Of a stretch of DNA of 64,000 bases, positions 10,108 to 19,214 are shown one piece after another. Below the pieces are notes generated by a model, which worked only from the letters and a program-made list of their open reading frames with translations, made no database searches and was not told the DNA's origin. Source of the stretch: Vulcanimicrobiota bacterium. GTDB lineage: Bacteria; Vulcanimicrobiota; Vulcanimicrobiia; Vulcanimicrobiales; Vulcanimicrobiaceae. Location: assembly GCA_963777315.1 (NCBI GenBank), contig CAVZQC010000002.1:160001-224000 (forward strand), written 5' to 3'. Made by a program: the position numbers and the translations under genes. Position 1 is the stretch's first letter. Every line of letters begins with the position of its first letter.

Positions 10108-10961
10108 TGCGCGATCAACTCGACCAGCGCCGTCGCCACGCGCTGCGCGACGCCGGGATAGCGTTTGGGTTCGATGATGTCGTGCGCGTACGGCAAATCG
10201 GTAAAGCGAACGACTTGCACGCTGCCCGGTTTGCGCCGCTCCCAATCCCGCGCCAGACGCACGATCGCGCGATTGTTCACCGCCGGCTCGCGCCGGTTGA
10301 TCACCAACACCAACTCGTCGGCCCGCGGGGAATGCCGGGCGGCTGCAGCCAGCAGCTCGTGCGCGAATTCCAGTCCGCGAGCGACTGCGTGCGTGGAGTA
10401 CCGCGGGTAGCCGTGTTCGGGCAGCTGGCGCTCGCGCGCGATTGGGTCCCACCAATAAAACCGGTTCGGGCGCCCGAGCATGAAGCGCGCCAAAATCAGG
10501 CGCAGCCGATTGGGCAGCAGCGATATCCCAAGAAAGGGCGACACCGCGACGATGCGATGCACCGGCTGCGTCTGCCCCACGTGCGCGGCCAGCAGCCCGC
10601 CCAGCGAAAACCCTGCAACGGTAACGTTTTGGCCCAGCCCCTGCGCGATTTGCAGACTATCGGCGGTGCAGGCTTTGAGCTGCGGTGAATTCAGCGTTGC
10701 CAGCGCCTCGGACAACCGGTCGCCGTATCCATGCCGGGGAAGACGCGGAACCAGCACGTTGTGCCCGCGCTCGTGCAGCGCGCTTGCGACGGCGATGAAC
10801 TGGCGCGGGCTGGCGCTTAGCCCGTGAAAGAGCACGATCGCGCGCGCGGTGCGGTGCCCGTGGTCGAAAACGAGCGTGCGTCCCGCATCGCCGATGTAGT
10901 CGCGATCGCGCTCGGTGAAGCGCCGGAGGCGTTCGCGCGCCTGCGCATAGCTGCTGGTCAT
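10104..10961 (-). CDS. Alpha/beta hydrolase, paralog of 8663-9556
   Basis: FHGLS, GFSLGG, WWDP and HDIIEP motifs. Confidence 0.82.
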   Translation of the reverse strand: MTSSYAQARERLRRFTERDRDYIGDAGRTLVFDHGHRTARAIVLFHGLSASPRQFIAVASALHERGHNVLVPRLPRHGYGDRLSEALATLNSPQLKACTADSLQIAQGLGQNVTVAGFSLGGLLAAHVGQTQPVHRIVAVSPFLGISLLPNRLRLILARFMLGRPNRFYWWDPIARERQLPEHGYPRYSTHAVARGLEFAHELLAAAARHSPRADELVLVINRREPAVNNRAIVRLARDWERRKPGSVQVVRFTDLPYAHDIIEPKRYPGVAQRVATALVELIAQ

Positions 10962-11006
10962 GAAAAAAGGTAGCGAAGCGAACGTTCCTTAAGGAGCCTG
11001 TGAATC

Positions 11007-12215
11007 ATGCACGACGTTCGCAATACCGCAGCCCAGCTCATCGCGCTCGAGGACCGCTTGGGCGCACATAATTACCATCCGCTCGATCTCGTCGTCGAGC
11101 GGGCCGAGGGCGTATGGCTGTACGACGTCGACGGCAAACGTTACTTGGACTGCATCAGCGCGTATTCAGCCGTCAATCAAGGACATTGCCATCCCAAAAT
11201 ACGCGCCGCGCTCGTAGAGCAGGCACAAAAGGTAACGCTCACCTCGCGCGCGGTGCGCAACGATCGCATGCCGGGTTTCTTGCGCGAACTCACGCGCGTT
11301 TGCGGCTACGAGATGGCGCTGCCGATGAACACCGGGGTCGAAGCCGTTGAAACGGCCATAAAGCTGGCGCGGCGGTACGGTTACCAGGTCAAGGGCATCC
11401 CGCAGGACCGCGCCGAGATCGTGGTTTTCACCAATAATTTTCACGGCCGCACGACGGCCGCCATCAGCGCGAGTTCCACGGAGGAATACCGCAGAGGCTT
11501 CGGACCGTTCACGCCCGGTTTCGTTCATGTTCCGTACGGCGACTACGACGCGACCGCAGCGGCGATCGGAGAAAACACGTGCGCCGTTTTGATCGAACCA
11601 ATTCAAGGCGAAGGCGGCGTCATCGTGCCGCCCGACGGATTCCTCAAGCGAGTTTGGGGATTGTGCCGCGAGCACCGGGTGCTTTTCGCGGCCGACGAAA
11701 TCCAAACCGGATTGGGCCGCACCGGCGATCTGTTCGCATGCGATCACGAAGGCGTCAAGCCCGATCTGCTGATCGTCGGTAAAGCGCTGGGCGGAGGTTT
11801 CTACCCCGTCTCCGCAGTCTTGTCGAATCGCGATCTCATGCTGCTGTTTCGTCCCGGCGAACACGGCAGCACGTTCGGCGGCAACCCGCTGGGCTGCGCG
11901 GTCGCAGTTGCCGCGCTCGAAGTCATCGTGCAGGAAAAACTCGCCGCGCGCGCGCGCTATTCCGGAGCGAAGATCATGCAGGCCTTGCGTTCGTCATCGT
12001 CGCCGGCGATAAAAGAAGTGCGCGGCCGCGGACTGCTCATCGGGATCGAGCTTGCCGGCTCCGCCCGCAGGCTTTCGGAAGATCTGCTGGCGCGGGGCGT
12101 TGCCGCCAAAGACACGCACGCAACGGTGCTTCGCATTGCGCCTCCGCTCGTGATCGAAGAGGCGGAAGTCGACTTTTTGCTCGAAACGTTGGACGACGCG
12201 CTCGGCTCCCTCTAG
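11007..12215 (+). CDS. rocD: Ornithine aminotransferase
   Basis: AHNYHPL, AYSAVNQGHCHP, EPIQGEGG, DEIQTGLGRTG, GKALGGG, HGSTFGGNPL. AAGGAG RBS. Confidence 0.95.
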   Translation: MHDVRNTAAQLIALEDRLGAHNYHPLDLVVERAEGVWLYDVDGKRYLDCISAYSAVNQGHCHPKIRAALVEQAQKVTLTSRAVRNDRMPGFLRELTRVCGYEMALPMNTGVEAVETAIKLARRYGYQVKGIPQDRAEIVVFTNNFHGRTTAAISASSTEEYRRGFGPFTPGFVHVPYGDYDATAAAIGENTCAVLIEPIQGEGGVIVPPDGFLKRVWGLCREHRVLFAADEIQTGLGRTGDLFACDHEGVKPDLLIVGKALGGGFYPVSAVLSNRDLMLLFRPGEHGSTFGGNPLGCAVAVAALEVIVQEKLAARARYSGAKIMQALRSSSSPAIKEVRGRGLLIGIELAGSARRLSEDLLARGVAAKDTHATVLRIAPPLVIEEAEVDFLLETLDDALGSL

Positions 12216-13147
12216 TGCTCCCGTTGAACTTCAACTTCGCGCGCGACGTGCTGGACGCCGTCGCCGACCGCGAGCGCGTGGGGTTGATCTTCGTGGATTC
12301 GCACGGGCACCGGCGCGACTACACGTTCGCAGAGATTTCGCAGTGGTCGGCCCGTTACGCCCAAGCATTGCGCACGCTGGGCGTGACTGCCGGCGAGCGC
12401 GTTCTGCTGTGCCTTTCGAACACCGCGAAATGTCAATTCACCGCGCTCGCGCTCGCCCGGCTGGGCGCCGTTGCGGTACCCGCCTGCGAAGCGATGAGCC
12501 GGCAGCAGCTCGCGCAGCTGGCTCGCGATGCGTCCGTGACGACGCTGATCGCCAACCGCAGGCGCCGTGAGGCCTGCGAGCGCGCGATGGAATCGATGCC
12601 GGCGATGCCGCGCCGCATCCTGATAGGTGAAACTCGTGAGGGATGGGAGCGTTTGGACACGCTGACCGGGAGCGCTGCGCCGTTTGCCGGCGTTACGACG
12701 CAATCGACGGACGCCGCCCTGATCGTCGGTGACGTAGTGCTGGACTGCGGCGCTTTGTATGAAACCCGCGCACTGGCGCAAGACGTCTTTGGTGCCGCGG
12801 TCGCCGACCGCGTATGGTCGACGTTTCGCATGGGAAGCCGATGGTGGCTCGCATTCGTGCAGGCGCCCTGGTGGCGCGGGGCCGCAACGATCGTGCACGA
12901 AGGCGAGTATGACGCACGCGAACGGCTCGGGCTGATACGCGAGCTCGAGGTTACGGTTCTCTGCCAGCCGCCGGACGAGTATCGCTGCGCGGTCGAATTG
13001 CCCGAGTCGGAACGATTCCGCATGCCGCATTTGCGGCGCTGCGTCGTGGCGGGAGCCTTCGAGGAGATCGAGCGGCGCTGGCGCGCCCGGTTCGGGGTGG
13101 AGCTGGTCAGCGCAAATCCAGACGCATCATCTCCGGCGCGGGCCTGA
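12215..13147 (+). CDS. Truncated or degenerate AMP-binding (acyl-CoA synthetase-like) protein
   Basis: Begins NFNFARDVLD like medium-chain acyl-CoA synthetases, but lacks the TSGTTG loop, YGxTE and the C-terminal domain. Confidence 0.65.
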   Translation: MLPLNFNFARDVLDAVADRERVGLIFVDSHGHRRDYTFAEISQWSARYAQALRTLGVTAGERVLLCLSNTAKCQFTALALARLGAVAVPACEAMSRQQLAQLARDASVTTLIANRRRREACERAMESMPAMPRRILIGETREGWERLDTLTGSAAPFAGVTTQSTDAALIVGDVVLDCGALYETRALAQDVFGAAVADRVWSTFRMGSRWWLAFVQAPWWRGAATIVHEGEYDARERLGLIRELEVTVLCQPPDEYRCAVELPESERFRMPHLRRCVVAGAFEEIERRWRARFGVELVSANPDASSPARA

Positions 13148-13562
13148 ACCCGAGTGATTCGTACAACGGCCGGCCCATTTGCGAGGCGTGCAGGCGCACG
13201 GTCTTGCACCCGCATTCGCGGCACCACGCGAGTGCCCACTGCGCCAGCTCCCGCGCTATTCCGCGCCCGCGGTACGCCGGCAGCACGTACATGCCCGCTA
13301 GCATCACCGTAACGTCCAGCAGGACGTTCGAGCGGCCGATTTGCCGGAACGCCGTGCACGTGGCGACGATTGCGCCGTCGTTTTCGGCCACGAACCACGT
13401 GCCGCTCCCTGCCTGCATATCGGCCTGGAATTGATCGTACAGGCGTTCTCGCCAGTCGCTTACGAGCCCGGTCCCCGTCAAATCGCACTCGACGAGCATG
13501 TCGTGCCAGAGTTGCACGAGCGCCGCCAGATCGGGAGCAGAGCCGAATCGCAGGACAGCCAC
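13107..13562 (-). CDS. GNAT family N-acetyltransferase
   Basis: MYVLPAYRGRGIA acetyl-CoA motif and LYESLGF. GTG at 13562 inferred. Confidence 0.85.
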   Translation of the reverse strand: MAVLRFGSAPDLAALVQLWHDMLVECDLTGTGLVSDWRERLYDQFQADMQAGSGTWFVAENDGAIVATCTAFRQIGRSNVLLDVTVMLAGMYVLPAYRGRGIARELAQWALAWCRECGCKTVRLHASQMGRPLYESLGFRPAPEMMRLDLR

Positions 13563-13596
13563 GGGCGTGAGTGTTGCATGCGGCCGATTCGTGTCC

Positions 13597-13627
13597 TTGA
13601 CGCGGACCCCCGCACGCGTGCTACACT
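13597..13627 (+). promoter_or_regulatory. Sigma70-type promoter for infC-rpmI-rplT
   Basis: TTGACG-N19-TACACT with an extended TG. Confidence 0.55.
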
Positions 13628-13633
13628 TCTCCA

Positions 13634-13746
13634 GCCGAAGCAGGGCCGCCGGGTCCTCACCGGACGCCCGCGGGCAATCCGGTCTTCCTCGAGGGGCCGC
13701 CGGTAGGCTCCCACGATGGGGTTGCTTTGCGCAACGCCCTTTTTTA
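13634..13746 (+). ncRNA. Putative L20-leader-like attenuator
   Basis: Lies 5' of infC. GAAGCAG...CTCACC start, internal ACCGGA/TCCGGT stem, and a terminal hairpin followed by a T-run. Confidence 0.5.
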
Positions 13747-13767
13747 TTGCCAGACGGAGTACTTGCC

Positions 13768-14379
13768 ATAGCTCGACCGCTCAGAATAAACGACCAGATC
13801 CGCATCCGCCAGGTGCGCGTCATCGACGAGGACGGAAGTCAGCTCGGAATCATGCTCACCGAAGACGCACTGGCGCGTGCGCGAACCGGGGGACTCGATT
13901 TGATCGAAGTTTCGCCGACCGCGCAACCGCCGGTGTGCAAGATCGCAGACTACGGACGCCTCAAATACGAGCAGTCGAAGAAAGACAAAGACGCCCGTAA
14001 AAAGCAGAAGAGCTTCGAGTTGAAAGAGGTGAAACTGCGGCCGAAGATCGAGACCCATGACTACGAGACCAAGGCCCGAATGGCCGAACGTCTCTTGCTC
14101 GACGGAAGCAAGATCAAGGTTACCATCATGTTTCGCGGGCGCGAAATAACGTACACCGGTTTCGGACGCAAGCTGCTCGATCGCATGGCTGCCGACATGA
14201 CGCCGATCGCCTCGGTCGAACGCGATCCGAAACTCGAAGGAAAAAACATGTTCATGATCCTAGCGCCGCGCGCGGTGCCCAGCGGTCCGCCGAAGTTTTT
14301 GTCGGCGCACGAAAAGGACCGCGAAGGCAAACCGGGCCAAGTTGCCGGCGCTGCGACGAAGGAGCCGACCAGTGCCTAA
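13768..14379 (+). CDS. infC: Translation initiation factor IF-3, probable ATA start
   Basis: INDQIR..QVRVID, PPVCKIADYG, KEVKLRPKI, MFRGRE. GGAG lies 8 nt before an in-frame ATA. Confidence 0.95.
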   Translation: MARPLRINDQIRIRQVRVIDEDGSQLGIMLTEDALARARTGGLDLIEVSPTAQPPVCKIADYGRLKYEQSKKDKDARKKQKSFELKEVKLRPKIETHDYETKARMAERLLLDGSKIKVTIMFRGREITYTGFGRKLLDRMAADMTPIASVERDPKLEGKNMFMILAPRAVPSGPPKFLSAHEKDREGKPGQVAGAATKEPTSA

Positions 14380-14578
14380 AATTCGTACCCACCGCGGGAC
14401 CGCGAAACGCGTGAAGGTCAGTGCAAACGGCAAGGTGACGCACCGGCATCAGTTCAGCGGCTGCGGCCACATTTTGAGCAAGAAGACGCGTAAGCGCAAA
14501 CGCAAATTCCGCAAGGATCAGCCGGTGTTTTCGGGCGACCTCAAACGCCTGGCTCCGACGATTCCGTACTTGGTGTAA
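14372..14578 (+). CDS. rpmI: 50S ribosomal protein L35
   Basis: (M)PKIRTHRGTAKR...HILSKK. GTG start; expected synteny. Confidence 0.95.
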   Translation: MPKIRTHRGTAKRVKVSANGKVTHRHQFSGCGHILSKKTRKRKRKFRKDQPVFSGDLKRLAPTIPYLV

Positions 14579-14590
14579 GGAGAGCGCTCG

Positions 14591-14950
14591 ATGGCACGAG
14601 TCAAACGCGGCCTGCACGGCCTCAAGCACCGCCGCAAAGTCATGAAGCTGGTCAAGGGCTTTCGCGCGGCTCGCCGGCGGAACTATCGCGTCGCGAACGA
14701 AGCGCTGCTGCATTCCCTGGCGTATGCGTATCGCGATCGCCGCGTCCGCAAGCGTGACTTTCGCTCGCTGTGGATCAGCCGCATCAACGCGGCCGCCCGC
14801 AAGGAAGGGCTGACGTATTCGGTTTTCATGAACGGCTTGAAAAAATCGGGCGTCACGCTCAATCGCAAGGCGCTGGCCGAACTGGCGATCTCCGACGCGG
14901 CGGCGTTTCGCACGCTGCTGCAAACCGCAAAGCAGGCGACGCGCAAATAA
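14591..14950 (+). CDS. rplT: 50S ribosomal protein L20
   Basis: MARVKRG...YAYRDRR..KRDFRSLWISRINAA. Confidence 0.97.
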   Translation: MARVKRGLHGLKHRRKVMKLVKGFRAARRRNYRVANEALLHSLAYAYRDRRVRKRDFRSLWISRINAAARKEGLTYSVFMNGLKKSGVTLNRKALAELAISDAAAFRTLLQTAKQATRK

Positions 14951-14966
14951 CGGGTACGACCTCGGC

Positions 14967-15455
14967 ATGAAGCGTGCTTTGAGTCTGGTTGCGCTCGCCG
15001 TTTTTCTGCCGCTGGCCGCGTCGGCGGCCCTGAGCAGCGTAGACCGCGAATATCTCACCTCGGCCATGCAAACGCAGCTCGGGCGGTACGCGCTCGCGAC
15101 CTTGGCGGAAAAACAGGCCGGTTCGGCTCGCGTGAAGCAGCTGGCCAAATCCATTGCCGGCGAAGCAACCCGCCAGACGCGCGCGCTGGACGCGCTGGCG
15201 AAAAAGCACGGCGTGCCGGTCGCCACGCACTCGTCGGTCCGCGACAGGTACCACTACTCGCGCCTGATCGGCGTGCACGGCACGGCGTTCGATCGGCGTT
15301 TCGTGCAAGAACTGCTCGTCGACGACCAGATCGCTTCGAGCAACGAGCGCAGCCAAATGAGGCACGGCCAAGATTCGGAGCTGCGCGCCTTTGCGGCGCA
15401 CCGGTATCGCGCGCTTGCGAACGAACTTCGAATGCTGCGCAGCGTTAAGTTTTAG
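14967..15455 (+). CDS. Secreted DUF4142-like ferritin-fold protein
   Basis: Signal peptide, DREYL, VKQLA, G.AFDRRFV and LRAFA pattern. Confidence 0.7.
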   Translation: MKRALSLVALAVFLPLAASAALSSVDREYLTSAMQTQLGRYALATLAEKQAGSARVKQLAKSIAGEATRQTRALDALAKKHGVPVATHSSVRDRYHYSRLIGVHGTAFDRRFVQELLVDDQIASSNERSQMRHGQDSELRAFAAHRYRALANELRMLRSVKF

Positions 15456-15521
15456 CTTCGCTCATCCGCGCAGAATAAGCTGCCGGAGGCTACCGCTGCA
15501 TCCCGCCGAAAAGTCGAAGGC

Positions 15522-16940
15522 ATGCAATACCGGGTCGTCTGCATGCTGTTCGCGTTAGCCCTGCTGCCTGCAGTCGCCGCCGCGCAAGAATCGACCCCGC
15601 AGCCCGTACCCACGACCCAGCCGTTTACAGCCGCAAAAGCGCGCGCCGTCGACGCAATCGCCCTAGGCGAACTGCACGCCGGCAGCACGCCGGGACTCGC
15701 TATCGGCATCGTGCAAGACGGTCTGCTGGTCTACTCGCGGGGTTTCGGCTTTTCGGATTTGTCCAAACACCGGCGCGTGAGCGCCGAAACGCAGTTTTAC
15801 GCGGGCTCGCTTTCCAAGCAGTTTACGGCTGCGTCGACTCTTCTGCTGGTCCAGGACAAGCAGCTCGGGCTCGACGACAAGGTGACAAAGTACGTTCCGG
15901 AATTGACGATCGCCAGGAACGTCACCGTTGCGCAGCTCCTCCAGCAGACCTCGGGCCTGCCGGATTATACGCAGGCGCCGGGCGTGAATCACGATCCCAC
16001 CAAACCGATAAAACTCGGGGATCTGATCAAAGCGGTCGATCGGATGAGCCCGCAGTCCGCGCCGGGCGCACAGTTCACCTACAACAACTTCAACTACATG
16101 ATCGCCGGGCTGATCGTCGCGCGCGTGAGCGGCGAGCCGCTTTCGGTGTACATGCAGTCGCACATCTTCGAACCGCTGATCATGACCTCGACGTTTTTGG
16201 CCGGGGATCAAGGCATTGCGGCGGATCGGGCGCGCGGCTACACGCGCATAGCGGGCCGTTTCCAAGCCGTGAAGCCGTGGGACGCATCGTGGCTCTTCGG
16301 AGCCGGCGACTTGGTGACCACGGTGGACGATCTCGCCAAGTGGGACATCGGGCTTCCGCTCGTGCTCAACGTCGATTCCGTGCGCGACCTCTGGAGCGGC
16401 AGCGGCGCTCCGGGCGGCATGAACTACGGCATGGGATGGATCGTCGACCAGCGCGGCGGCCAGCGCTACGTCTGGCACAACGGCGAGCTGGCCGGCTTCC
16501 ATGCGATGAACGCGGTGCTGCCAGACCAGCACATCGCCGTCATCGTCCTGAGCAACGCCGATTCGCTGCACTCGCAAACGACGGTGTCGCCGGAGCGCTT
16601 AGTGCTGCACATCTTGGACGTGGTCGCGCCCCTGCCGCCGGCCCGTTTCGGAAATCTCATCATGCAGCGCGCCGACGAGTGGCTCGCGCGGCTGCAGCGG
16701 GTGACGATCGACCGAACCCAGCTCACGCCGCAATTCAGCGAATACTTAACCGACCAGGTCGTTATACGAGCCGATCTCAAATCGCTTGGGGCCGCCCAGA
16801 CGATGGTGCCCATCGAGAGCTTCGAGCGCTCGGGGGACACCGTGTACGTTTTCGACGTAAAGTTTGCGCACGGAACGATTCGCTATCAGTTTGCGCTCGC
16901 GCCGGACGGCAAAATCGACGGGTTGTTTTTTTCCCCTTAA
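15522..16940 (+). CDS. Secreted serine hydrolase, beta-lactamase family
   Basis: Signal peptide, GSLSKQF, YNNFNY and WHNG triad motifs. Confidence 0.88.
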   Translation: MQYRVVCMLFALALLPAVAAAQESTPQPVPTTQPFTAAKARAVDAIALGELHAGSTPGLAIGIVQDGLLVYSRGFGFSDLSKHRRVSAETQFYAGSLSKQFTAASTLLLVQDKQLGLDDKVTKYVPELTIARNVTVAQLLQQTSGLPDYTQAPGVNHDPTKPIKLGDLIKAVDRMSPQSAPGAQFTYNNFNYMIAGLIVARVSGEPLSVYMQSHIFEPLIMTSTFLAGDQGIAADRARGYTRIAGRFQAVKPWDASWLFGAGDLVTTVDDLAKWDIGLPLVLNVDSVRDLWSGSGAPGGMNYGMGWIVDQRGGQRYVWHNGELAGFHAMNAVLPDQHIAVIVLSNADSLHSQTTVSPERLVLHILDVVAPLPPARFGNLIMQRADEWLARLQRVTIDRTQLTPQFSEYLTDQVVIRADLKSLGAAQTMVPIESFERSGDTVYVFDVKFAHGTIRYQFALAPDGKIDGLFFSP

Positions 16941-17212
16941 TCGTCGCCGTTGGCCAGACGGCGTCCGGTCGCTTCGATGACTTTGCCCAGCATGCTCACC
17001 GCCTCGGCGCGTGACGCATTGCTGAACATGTACTTGAGCTTGTCGTCGGAATCTTCGACGATGAGCACAGCGCGCTTGCCGGCCCGCACCGCGGCGATCA
17101 ATTTGTTAAGATAGGCCTCATCTTCGGGCGCTAGTACGGAATGGGCTCCGGCTTCCGTGCCTTCGCTGAGTAAATACTTCAGAACCGCATTTATATCTCG
17201 CGGAGTCTCCAC
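16937..17212 (-). CDS. Hypothetical 91-aa protein
   Basis: GGAGGT RBS before GTG; protein-like composition. Confidence 0.7.
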   Translation of the reverse strand: METPRDINAVLKYLLSEGTEAGAHSVLAPEDEAYLNKLIAAVRAGKRAVLIVEDSDDKLKYMFSNASRAEAVSMLGKVIEATGRRLANGDD

Positions 17213-17312
17213 GCGCTAATACCTCCATGGCAAAAGCCGCCACAGTTACTAAACGAACATTAGCACATTCCGTGGCACCTTCGTACCATAGATTATCGAC
17301 TCTTGAGGAAAC

Positions 17313-17846
17313 TTATTTATCAGGCCGCCCGGCCAGCCAAAGAAGCGCCGTGACGGTTTTCATGTCGACGATCTCCCCGCTCGCTTGCATTTCCCACGCT
17401 TGAGCGAACGTAACTTCGCGAACTTCGATGCGTTCGTCTTCCTGCAGATCCTGCGGCCCTGCGTGCAAACCGCGGGCGGCATAGATGTGCACGCGCTCGG
17501 TGCAGAACCCGGGTGTCGGATAGACGGCGCACAGCAATTCCAAGCGATCCGCGGCGTAGCCGGTCTCTTCTCGCAGCTCGCGCAGCGCGCCCGTCTCGCA
17601 GCTTTCGTCGGGTTCGGCAGTTCCGGCGGGAATTTCCCACAGCCGCTGCCCCGCGGCGTGGCGGTATTGCCCGACCAGCACTAAGCGCCCGGGCGCCGGC
17701 ACGGGCGCGATCGCAAACGAGCCCCGATGCTCGACTATGTCGAGCTTGCGCTCTTTTCCGTCGTCGTCGATCGTGTCCACGCGCACGGAAAACACCCGGC
17801 CTTTAAAAACTTGCTCGGACCGCAGCACTCTGGGAGTATCGCTCAT
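17313..17846 (-). CDS. NUDIX hydrolase (ADP-ribose pyrophosphatase-like)
   Basis: EIPAG...ALRELREETGY Nudix box, QYR, PGF. Confidence 0.9.
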   Translation of the reverse strand: MSDTPRVLRSEQVFKGRVFSVRVDTIDDDGKERKLDIVEHRGSFAIAPVPAPGRLVLVGQYRHAAGQRLWEIPAGTAEPDESCETGALRELREETGYAADRLELLCAVYPTPGFCTERVHIYAARGLHAGPQDLQEDERIEVREVTFAQAWEMQASGEIVDMKTVTALLWLAGRPDK

Positions 17847-17923
17847 GCGGCGCTCTTTCCCGATCCGCGCGAACTTACCGGGCGGTAAACGGAAAACGCC
17901 GCCTGCGCCTCGTAAGGCCAAGC

Positions 17924-18124
17924 GTGCAACGTTCGCGTTCGTCGATCGGCCGGGAATTGCTGTGGCTCATCGTTTGGATCGTTCTTTTCGCCGGCTGTAC
18001 GACGCTGCTGCTCGCATACGTCGTGCCGCACCACTTCAACGATCGCATCGCCGTGATGCTCGCTGCCATAGCCTCCAGCCTGGCATGGATCGCTCTGCGT
18101 GCCTATTTCACTCGGCGCGCATAA
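17924..18124 (+). CDS. Small two-helix membrane protein
   Basis: Two hydrophobic segments; overlaps the start of the next gene. Confidence 0.55.
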   Translation: MQRSRSSIGRELLWLIVWIVLFAGCTTLLLAYVVPHHFNDRIAVMLAAIASSLAWIALRAYFTRRA

Positions 18125-18875
18125 CGCGCGCCTGGAATTGCCTCGCAGCCTGCTTTCCGTAAAGGGCCGGCGCGAACGCGGCGCGTTTGCCTTCGAGGGG
18201 CCCACGCTGCTTGGCGAAGCGGTGCGGGCGGGCGCGCAGGTGCAATCGATCTATGCAACTTCGCTCGCATACGAGCAAACGCCCATGCTGCGTGAAATGG
18301 AAGCGGGCGGCACCGAGGTGTACGTGATCGAAGAACGCGCGATGCGAAAGATTTCGGACGTCCGCACGCCGACGGGAATCGTCGCGGTCGCGCCGCTGCG
18401 TCTGCATGCGCCGGCCGAGCTGTTCGAGCAGTCCGGTACGATGCTGGGGCTGGCCGACGTGAGCGACCCCGGGAATGCCGGGACGCTCCTTCGCGCCGCG
18501 CAGGCCTTCGGAGTGAAGCGGGTCATCATCGGCGCCTCCGGGGTAGACCCGTACCATCCCAAGGTCGTGCGCGCGGCCATGGGAGCGCTATTTCGGCTGC
18601 GCCTTGCCGTAGCTTGCGCGCCCGACGTTGCGGCCGCCGCGCGCGGTTGGGAAGTCACCGGTTTGAGTGCGGCCGGCGCGCCCGTCGGCGGCCTGAGATG
18701 GGGGGCCAAGAATTTGCTTCTGGTGGGCAGCGAACGAGCCGGTCTGGGGACCTGGGAGCCGATGTGCACGCGTTTTGCCGGCATTCCCATGCCCGGCGGC
18801 GCCGAAAGCCTCAATGCCGGCATTGCCGGCGCAATTGCTCTCTACGAAGCAGCCAAGCAGGCTACTGTGTCGTAG
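18099..18875 (+). CDS. SpoU/TrmH family RNA methyltransferase
   Basis: DPGNAGTLLR, GSERAG, IPM...ESLNAG. Confidence 0.92.
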   Translation: MPISLGAHNARLELPRSLLSVKGRRERGAFAFEGPTLLGEAVRAGAQVQSIYATSLAYEQTPMLREMEAGGTEVYVIEERAMRKISDVRTPTGIVAVAPLRLHAPAELFEQSGTMLGLADVSDPGNAGTLLRAAQAFGVKRVIIGASGVDPYHPKVVRAAMGALFRLRLAVACAPDVAAAARGWEVTGLSAAGAPVGGLRWGAKNLLLVGSERAGLGTWEPMCTRFAGIPMPGGAESLNAGIAGAIALYEAAKQATVS

Positions 18876-18977
18876 GCGGCCGGCTCATGCTTGCTTTGCG
18901 AAATACCCTCTTCGATGTGCTTGTCAAGACAGTCCACGCCCGCTAAAAAGTCAAGTCTACCTCGCGCAAAAGTCGCA

Positions 18978-18986
18978 TGTTATACT
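18978..18986 (+). promoter_or_regulatory. Extended -10 promoter element TGtTATACT
   Basis: Matches TGnTATAAT, upstream of the yqzL-like ORF. Confidence 0.5.
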
Positions 18987-19045
18987 GCTGCCATCGTACG
19001 GGCCTGCGGAGCCCAACGTCGTAAAGAAGGAGACCCACAAAACCG

Positions 19046-19150
19046 ATGGCGACCTCCGAATTCTTTTGGAAACTGTTTGAAGACACGGGATCGATAAGCG
19101 CTTATCTGATATACCGGCAGCTCCATCCGACCGCGGCTCCGGCCACCTGA
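19046..19150 (+). CDS. YqzL-like small protein, 34 aa (MATSEFFWKLFEDTGSISAYLIYRQLHPTAAPAT)
   Basis: Hand translation. W..F..TGSI..YL pattern of the YqzL family, with AAGGAG upstream. Below the ORF-track length cutoff. Confidence 0.72.
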   Translation: MATSEFFWKLFEDTGSISAYLIYRQLHPTAAPAT

Positions 19151-19176
19151 CGATCCGCCGGAAAAGAAGACTTCCA

Positions 19177-19214
19177 CAAACGCCCGGAACAAGTATTTCC
19201 GGGCGTTTGCGTTT
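19177..19214 (+). terminator. 13-bp hairpin between the yqzL-like ORF and pheS
   Basis: CAAACGCCCGGAA-caagtat-TTCCGGGCGTTTG followed by cgttt. Confidence 0.6.
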
